64,000 nucleotides of DNA. Origin: Schmidtea nova (taxonomy: Eukaryota). The notes beneath the pieces are model-generated. The model did not search any database, was not told the DNA's origin, and saw nothing but the letters and a program-made list of their open reading frames with translations. This document shows positions 58,411 to 64,000 of the stretch, one piece after another (position 1 is the stretch's first letter; every line of letters begins with the position of its first letter). The position numbers were made by a program, and so were the translations under genes. The stretch lies in assembly GCA_044892505.1 (NCBI GenBank), contig CM097883.1, positions 266,104,001 to 266,168,000 on the forward strand. The letters run 5' to 3'.

Positions 58411-60441
58411 TCACATTACAGTTACAAAACAATCTTCTTTGTGGCGGGTAACTACTGGTTTAAATACCAATTATTTGGTCAACATAAAATTAAATCCTGC
58501 TATGTTAACAGCATTAGGTTAGTTTTTGTATAACTTATGCATTATTATTGAGTGAAAATACATTAATAACTTAGGACCTATTGAAAATTCCCTAAATCAA
58601 CGAATTATATATTGATTCTAATACATCTCAAATTGTTTTTGTCTTGTTAACGAGTTTAACGGTGCATTATATATTGTTACCGAACCAGAAGCACAATCCG
58701 AAAATATTATGACCTGCCGAGTGTAAAATAATCCCATTAGGATAAATTAGTTTGATGCCACTTTTCTTGTATGCATTACAATTTTTAGCGTTTTAAAGTA
58801 ATATACAAGAAACTAAATCTTAGACAAATCTAAGTATGAAAGAAATCCATACATAAAATGTATTATTGCATTTCAGTTAAATAATTTGTTCGATTTTTAT
58901 TATTTGATTGTCGGGTTATTTATGGAAATTATAAATAATTCAAATAATTATTAAGTTATAAAATCTCGCAAAATTCATCGAAACAGAATAATTTTCCAAA
59001 TTGGATTTCAGGATGTGAAACAACAATTATGATATGTATATCCTGATTATCTTGATAATTATAGTTTCAGAGCATTTAACTCTAATTGTTCTTTATTTAA
59101 TCGGCTTTGCCGATTGTCGGCATTGCCGATTGTTCCTTCCTCCGAAAAAGCCAACACTGACACTGTGACATTGACCTGATCACACACATCCATTCAATGC
59201 CTGCGTGTGCTATCTCCCTGCGTGTACACAACTCGAGATGCGATCGCAACCACTCCCAATGAGACACACATCCTACTCCAATACAAATTTTGAGTTCATT
59301 CGCGAAGTAAATTTATATTCTCTTGAATTTATTTTCGATTTGATTGGCTGGTTAACATTTAATTTTCAGGCAGTATGCGCATGCTCGGAAAAGTCTCACC
59401 TCTCGAAAGTCACAGCTCTATCATCCAATCAGAGAAACTTGTAAACATCGTTGCCGAATGTCGTGCTAGAAATTGCCCAATTATCTTTTGCTCATTTACA
59501 CATATTGGACAGCACCGAGAGAGATTTATCGGATAAAAAGGCAGTTTGATTTTTTTGTTATTGCTGCTGTGGTTATTTTCGAGTATACTAATATTCCTGT
59601 TGTTGTCTCTGATTGATTTTCATTACAAATCTTTCAATTTCTGATTTATTTAATATTTTTTGAAAGAAAACTTCGGAATTAATTTTCCTTTAAAGGGAAT
59701 TTCAAGGTATATATATATTTTTTTATTACAAGTTTTAATTTTTTTTTTTCTCTAGATAATATTTTTGGTAACTTTGACGAAAGTGATTTTATGGCAATCC
59801 ACATATTTCCTGTTGTTGTCTCTGATTGATTTTCATTACAAACCTTTCAATTTCTCTTTATGATTTTATAAAAAAAAACTTTGCAGCAGCAGAAGAAAAA
59901 AGGGAAAATAGCTGCTCTGAAATGGTTTTCTATTCACATTTGGTTTCAATTGTTGGACTTTTTTGGAATTGTGAAAAGGATCGATGGAAAATTGGTATGT
60001 AATCAATTTTTATTTCTGTTAATTTTAGATTTGCATAAATAATTTTGATTAATTTGATTAACTGTAATGAGAAGATCTATAAACATTTTTAATATTANNN
60101 NNNNNNNNNNNNNNNNNNNNNNNNNNNNNNNNNNNNNNNNNNNNNNNNNNNNNNNNNNNNNNNNNNNNNNNNNNNNNNNNNNNNNNNNNNNNNNNNNNNN
60201 NNNNNNNNNNNNNNNNNNNNNNNNNNNNNNNNNNNNNCAATAATAATACATTATAGTGCTAATTTTATACTGTCAGAAATAATTATTAATTACCATAATA
60301 CAATAATACTTATAATTAGAATAATAATAATAATAATAATACCAATAATGATAATAATAAATAATAATAATTTATAACAATGACCCTACTGCTATCAAGT
60401 AATAGTGATACTAGCATCATAATAATAATTCTAGCAATACC

Positions 60442-60481
<40 letters not shown>

Positions 60482-60707
60482 GTAATTTATTTTGCAATGT
60501 GGCTACTATCCCCTTTTTTCGTTGTGTTACCAAACACAATGATAATCATAACAATATTAACAATATCCCTATTGTTTCATTTGAATTTATTTACTTTTTT
60601 TTTTGCTATTGAGAATTATTTTATTTTTTGGGATGGGATGCCAAAACTCCAAAAAGACAATAAAAATATTTATTAATTAATTAAAATATATATACATATA
60701 TATATTG

Positions 60708-62174
60708 TTAGTCTAATTTTAATTCAATTTTTCCGATTTCACTTTTGTAGCGAATAAACGTTTTTTCGCGCCGATAAATAATCCCATTTACCGTTATGGT
60801 TTCATTGGCTTCTATTTGTGCATATTTTCTTTTTCTATTTTCGAGGTGGAGTATCGGTCCATTTTCATATGATATTGAAACTCTTGCGATAGACAAACCG
60901 GTTATTACCTCAGCGCTTTCTTCAATTGCCTCGAGATCATTTTCTGTTGCCAACTTCAATTTCGATTTCCCAATTTCCAAATCAACTTCCATATCCTCTG
61001 TCAAATCGATTTGCTCTGCCATTTTCTCAATTCCCACAGACAGGGCAATGGTTTTCGTAATTGCCGTGCTCGTCGTTGGCATTGTGTTTATGGTATGAAC
61101 TTTTCGATATTCCTCCAATGAATACTTCTTTGATGGGGTTGCTTTGGGAATTTGGATATCATCAATCCATGAATTTTCAATTTTTAGATATATTTTCCGA
61201 ATGTTTTTGACATCCTCTAGAGCTGAATGGATGCGCACTTGCATTTGTTCTCCAAGCATTTGTTCAACCACAGTTTTCAGTTTGAAAAATTCCCCTTTTC
61301 TCGATATTTCTTGCAATTGAAGTGCCTTTGCCGTGGACAAATCTCGAATGCCATATAATTGATTTGTCCAAATTTTCAAATACTGCAGTTCTGCATGCAA
61401 ATCATGGCCAACCAATATTTTCCCAACAGTTAAATTCTGAATTTGTTTCATCTCCGAATATTGGTCGCATTGGTTCCTACTCGCAATTTCTGTGATGCCA
61501 TGTATTCTCGATTGGAAATGTCTCATTTTTCCTCTCGGCGTGAGGTATATATTTTTAATTATTTTCCCAAAATAATTCATAATGGCGATTGACAATGGCA
61601 CCATTTGTCCATTTTCTGATGTGCCGTATTCTGCGTCGATAAACAATATCCTGCTTCTTATTTCTTCTTGGTTTAATTCTTTTCGAATGAAGGATAATCT
61701 TCTTTTCATCATATTTTCAGTTATTGGTAGTAACGTTGGATCTGATGGCAATCCTGACTCAGTTTGCGGAACTTCTTCTTTACTGTTTCTGAATCTTGTT
61801 TCCAGCGCGATTAGTGCGTCTTCATTTGCCGATCTAAGCTGCTTCTTTAATGCTTCCTCTCGCATTCTCCACGATGAGTCTTTGTGCATTTCCCACCATA
61901 TCCGCTGATTTTCGTCGATCATTTCCACTTTTCCTTTCAACACATGTAGTGTGAATTCTTCTTCATTCATTGCTTTGCTATTTTCCATCAACTTTACTCG
62001 TCCTTTTCTGCTTACTCTCACGATTCTTGTTTTCATTCTTCTGTCATCGCTTCTTAAATAATTCGGTATTTTTGTATTTTCATTGATTTGGAATGGGCCT
62101 TGTCCCATGTAGTTTCGATGCAATTTGAGGTAGGCATCATAGATATTTGGTATCCATTGAATTTGTTCCATCAC
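60708..62174 (-). CDS. DEDDh 3'-5' exonuclease (REX4/ISG20-like) with N- and C-terminal extensions
   Basis: ILFIDAEY (ExoI), IHGIT, KILVGHDLHAEL (ExoII), RDLS, HSALEDV (ExoIII); 488 aa, uninterrupted. Confidence 0.85.
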   Translation of the reverse strand: MMEQIQWIPNIYDAYLKLHRNYMGQGPFQINENTKIPNYLRSDDRRMKTRIVRVSRKGRVKLMENSKAMNEEEFTLHVLKGKVEMIDENQRIWWEMHKDSSWRMREEALKKQLRSANEDALIALETRFRNSKEEVPQTESGLPSDPTLLPITENMMKRRLSFIRKELNQEEIRSRILFIDAEYGTSENGQMVPLSIAIMNYFGKIIKNIYLTPRGKMRHFQSRIHGITEIASRNQCDQYSEMKQIQNLTVGKILVGHDLHAELQYLKIWTNQLYGIRDLSTAKALQLQEISRKGEFFKLKTVVEQMLGEQMQVRIHSALEDVKNIRKIYLKIENSWIDDIQIPKATPSKKYSLEEYRKVHTINTMPTTSTAITKTIALSVGIEKMAEQIDLTEDMEVDLEIGKSKLKLATENDLEAIEESAEVITGLSIARVSISYENGPILHLENRKRKYAQIEANETITVNGIIYRREKTFIRYKSEIGKIELKLD

Positions 62175-62505
62175 TGAAATATTTATAATTTAAAATTTTG
62201 TTTAATTTAAAAATTTGACGCTATCGCCAAGGTGGAATACCTTGAGTACCCCATCCTGGCTGATAACGGTATAAATTATAAATATTTAATAAAATTAATT
62301 ACCTATTTAATTTTCAGTTTTATTCTAATTTATTAATTTAGGGATTCCCTTATATTTTTAATTTTATCTCTCTTCAACCAATCAAATCCGTTTCCGATCG
62401 AAAGCGCAAATTTTACAATGAATCACATAAATATGGATAAAAGAAAGTTCATACTATTACCGTACCAATAAATTATTATAATTGCATGCAAAATTAAATG
62501 TCTCA

Positions 62506-63828
62506 CTATACAAACGTTTCCTCGTAGACAATCCACGGTCTTGGTGTCCTGGATTGACGTACTGCATGATTGTTCATTCTTTGAAAGCAAATCAGTAGTG
62601 AGAGAAGAATAACAATGAGAAATGGTGTTGCACTAATAACAATAGTTGATAAAATGATACATGTTTTTGCATTGTCGTTAGATGAAGATGATAAGTTTTT
62701 CAGAATTGTCACATCATAGATATGAGAAGGAATGATTGTCCTTTGAAATTTTTGTGTCATATTTTTATATACATAATTGTTTTTTGAATCATCGCTATCA
62801 GTAATGTTATATGAAACTCGAACAAGTTTGTTTTCGACAAGAGTGATCTGCCATTGTTTGGAATGAGAAGTAAATCGATAATATTTGATTTTCATCATAA
62901 CAAATTTTGAATTCGATATAGATCTTAATCTTTGAAAATTTAAAATTTGATGTGAAATGTTACTTGTTAATATTGCCTGAATTTTCCCACAATAATGAAT
63001 TTCGACTTTTTTATTAACTTCCGCTTGTCGGGATGCGTTTAATTTCTGATTTTTATATTCAAAGATGACTCGATTTGTTTCATTCACCAATGTCACGGAT
63101 TGTTGAGTAGAATAGATCTTGAACCATTGATTATCAATTTCAGTACCATTTTTCCGTAATGCTTTTTCGTAATAATGAATGACGAGATTATATGTTTTAT
63201 GCAATTCTAAATTAACGTAATATACATAAGGTTTCTTGAGATTTAACGTATCGATCGTGTACTTTTCGAAAATAATTTTCACTTGTTGGGATTCCTGGGG
63301 TTCCCAATATACATTGATACCTTTTATTATTGGTTCTATTGATACTTTGCTATTTAATTTTTTTGTCCAAATTTCAATTTCAAATTGATGTTGTATTTTT
63401 GTATTATTTTCTTGATATTGTTGTTGGGTTATTAACCAGGGATATTTGTAATTCATTGTTAAATCATGCGCAACGTACATATTGTTGTTAAAATTCAACT
63501 TTATTGGTGGATCAAAATAATTTAATAAATTATTTATTTTTATTTCGTCTCTTGGTTCACAATGATAGACCCATACCATTTGGGTACATGTTGCATATAT
63601 ATCAATTTTTTCTAAAAGTGGAACTCTTTTTATTGCATACATTGGAAAGATTTTAGTTGAATTTGTTCCCAAAACATTAATCATCATTACTGTTGCAATC
63701 AGTAATACTTTATTGATATATCCCAATGATGCGGAGTTTTTTGGACCCCACTGCTTGCTGATCGTTTCATTTTGCGACTTTTTCTTTTTTGATCTTAGCT
63801 GATATTTATTATCATCCATAACTGGCAC
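62506..63828 (-). CDS. Env-position type I membrane glycoprotein, possibly with FN3-like repeats
   Basis: Hydrophobic VLLIATVMMINVLG, at least 8 N-x-S/T sequons, C-terminal TM CIILSTIVISATPFLIVILLSLLICF; directly follows integrase. Confidence 0.7.
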   Translation of the reverse strand: MPVMDDNKYQLRSKKKKSQNETISKQWGPKNSASLGYINKVLLIATVMMINVLGTNSTKIFPMYAIKRVPLLEKIDIYATCTQMVWVYHCEPRDEIKINNLLNYFDPPIKLNFNNNMYVAHDLTMNYKYPWLITQQQYQENNTKIQHQFEIEIWTKKLNSKVSIEPIIKGINVYWEPQESQQVKIIFEKYTIDTLNLKKPYVYYVNLELHKTYNLVIHYYEKALRKNGTEIDNQWFKIYSTQQSVTLVNETNRVIFEYKNQKLNASRQAEVNKKVEIHYCGKIQAILTSNISHQILNFQRLRSISNSKFVMMKIKYYRFTSHSKQWQITLVENKLVRVSYNITDSDDSKNNYVYKNMTQKFQRTIIPSHIYDVTILKNLSSSSNDNAKTCIILSTIVISATPFLIVILLSLLICFQRMNNHAVRQSRTPRPWIVYEETFV

Positions 63829-64000
63829 TTTTTTGCATCTATTAGCATGAATAATAATTGTTCCGGCCTTTTATTATTTTGTGGCCGTAGTTTTAAATTA
63901 GTTTCAGTTGTATCGCATACAAGATATGGTCCTTTAAATGGTCTTTGTAGCTTTGGTGATAAACCCTTAGCTGGCTCTGGTTTGTTTACATAAACCAAAT
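63795..64000 (-). mobile_element. Ty3/Gypsy pol, integrase C-terminus
   Basis: KGLSPKLQRPFKGPYLV (GPY/F motif); continues beyond the window. Confidence 0.8.

Noticed and set aside
58420-59520. Possible host exons (58420-58530 and 59205-59520)
   Set aside because: Splice-like signals exist but no recognisable protein; cannot be supported without RNA data
57997-60676. Ile/Asn-rich ORFs at 57997-58224 and 60380-60676
   Set aside because: Translations of (AAT)n low-complexity DNA

Overview
AT-rich eukaryotic (probably invertebrate) DNA with three assembly gaps (2337-2604, 5269-5497, 60098-60237), made almost entirely of nested mobile elements. Left to right: the 3' end of a BEL/Pao retrotransposon; a Penelope-like element with an inverted 3' duplication and a candidate hammerhead ribozyme; and a decayed BEL/Pao element whose gag starts with a ubiquitin domain. 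The 3' LTR of that BEL element is split by a ~42.8-kb insertion (12651-55440) with AG...CT termini, ~440-bp TIRs, a 6-bp TSD (ATTGTG) and a relic adenain-like protease, i.e. a Maverick/Polinton derivative. Both TIRs carry, at the same position, R2-clade non-LTR retrotransposons (ZF-Myb-RT-CCHC-REL) that sit outside rDNA. These retain ~250 bp of upstream 28S, a 15-nt remnant of the downstream R2 target site and an HDV-like ribozyme core. The left end is a head-to-tail array (3 R2 copies plus a SIDE-like derivative), each unit carrying TIR plus flanking LTR and ending in an A-tail, which suggests RNA-templated growth. The right end holds PSMA6 and CGI121 remnants, an LTR, and a Gypsy pol tail followed by a membrane glycoprotein ORF and a DEDDh exonuclease ORF. 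All calls come from reading the sequence by eye; no searches were run.
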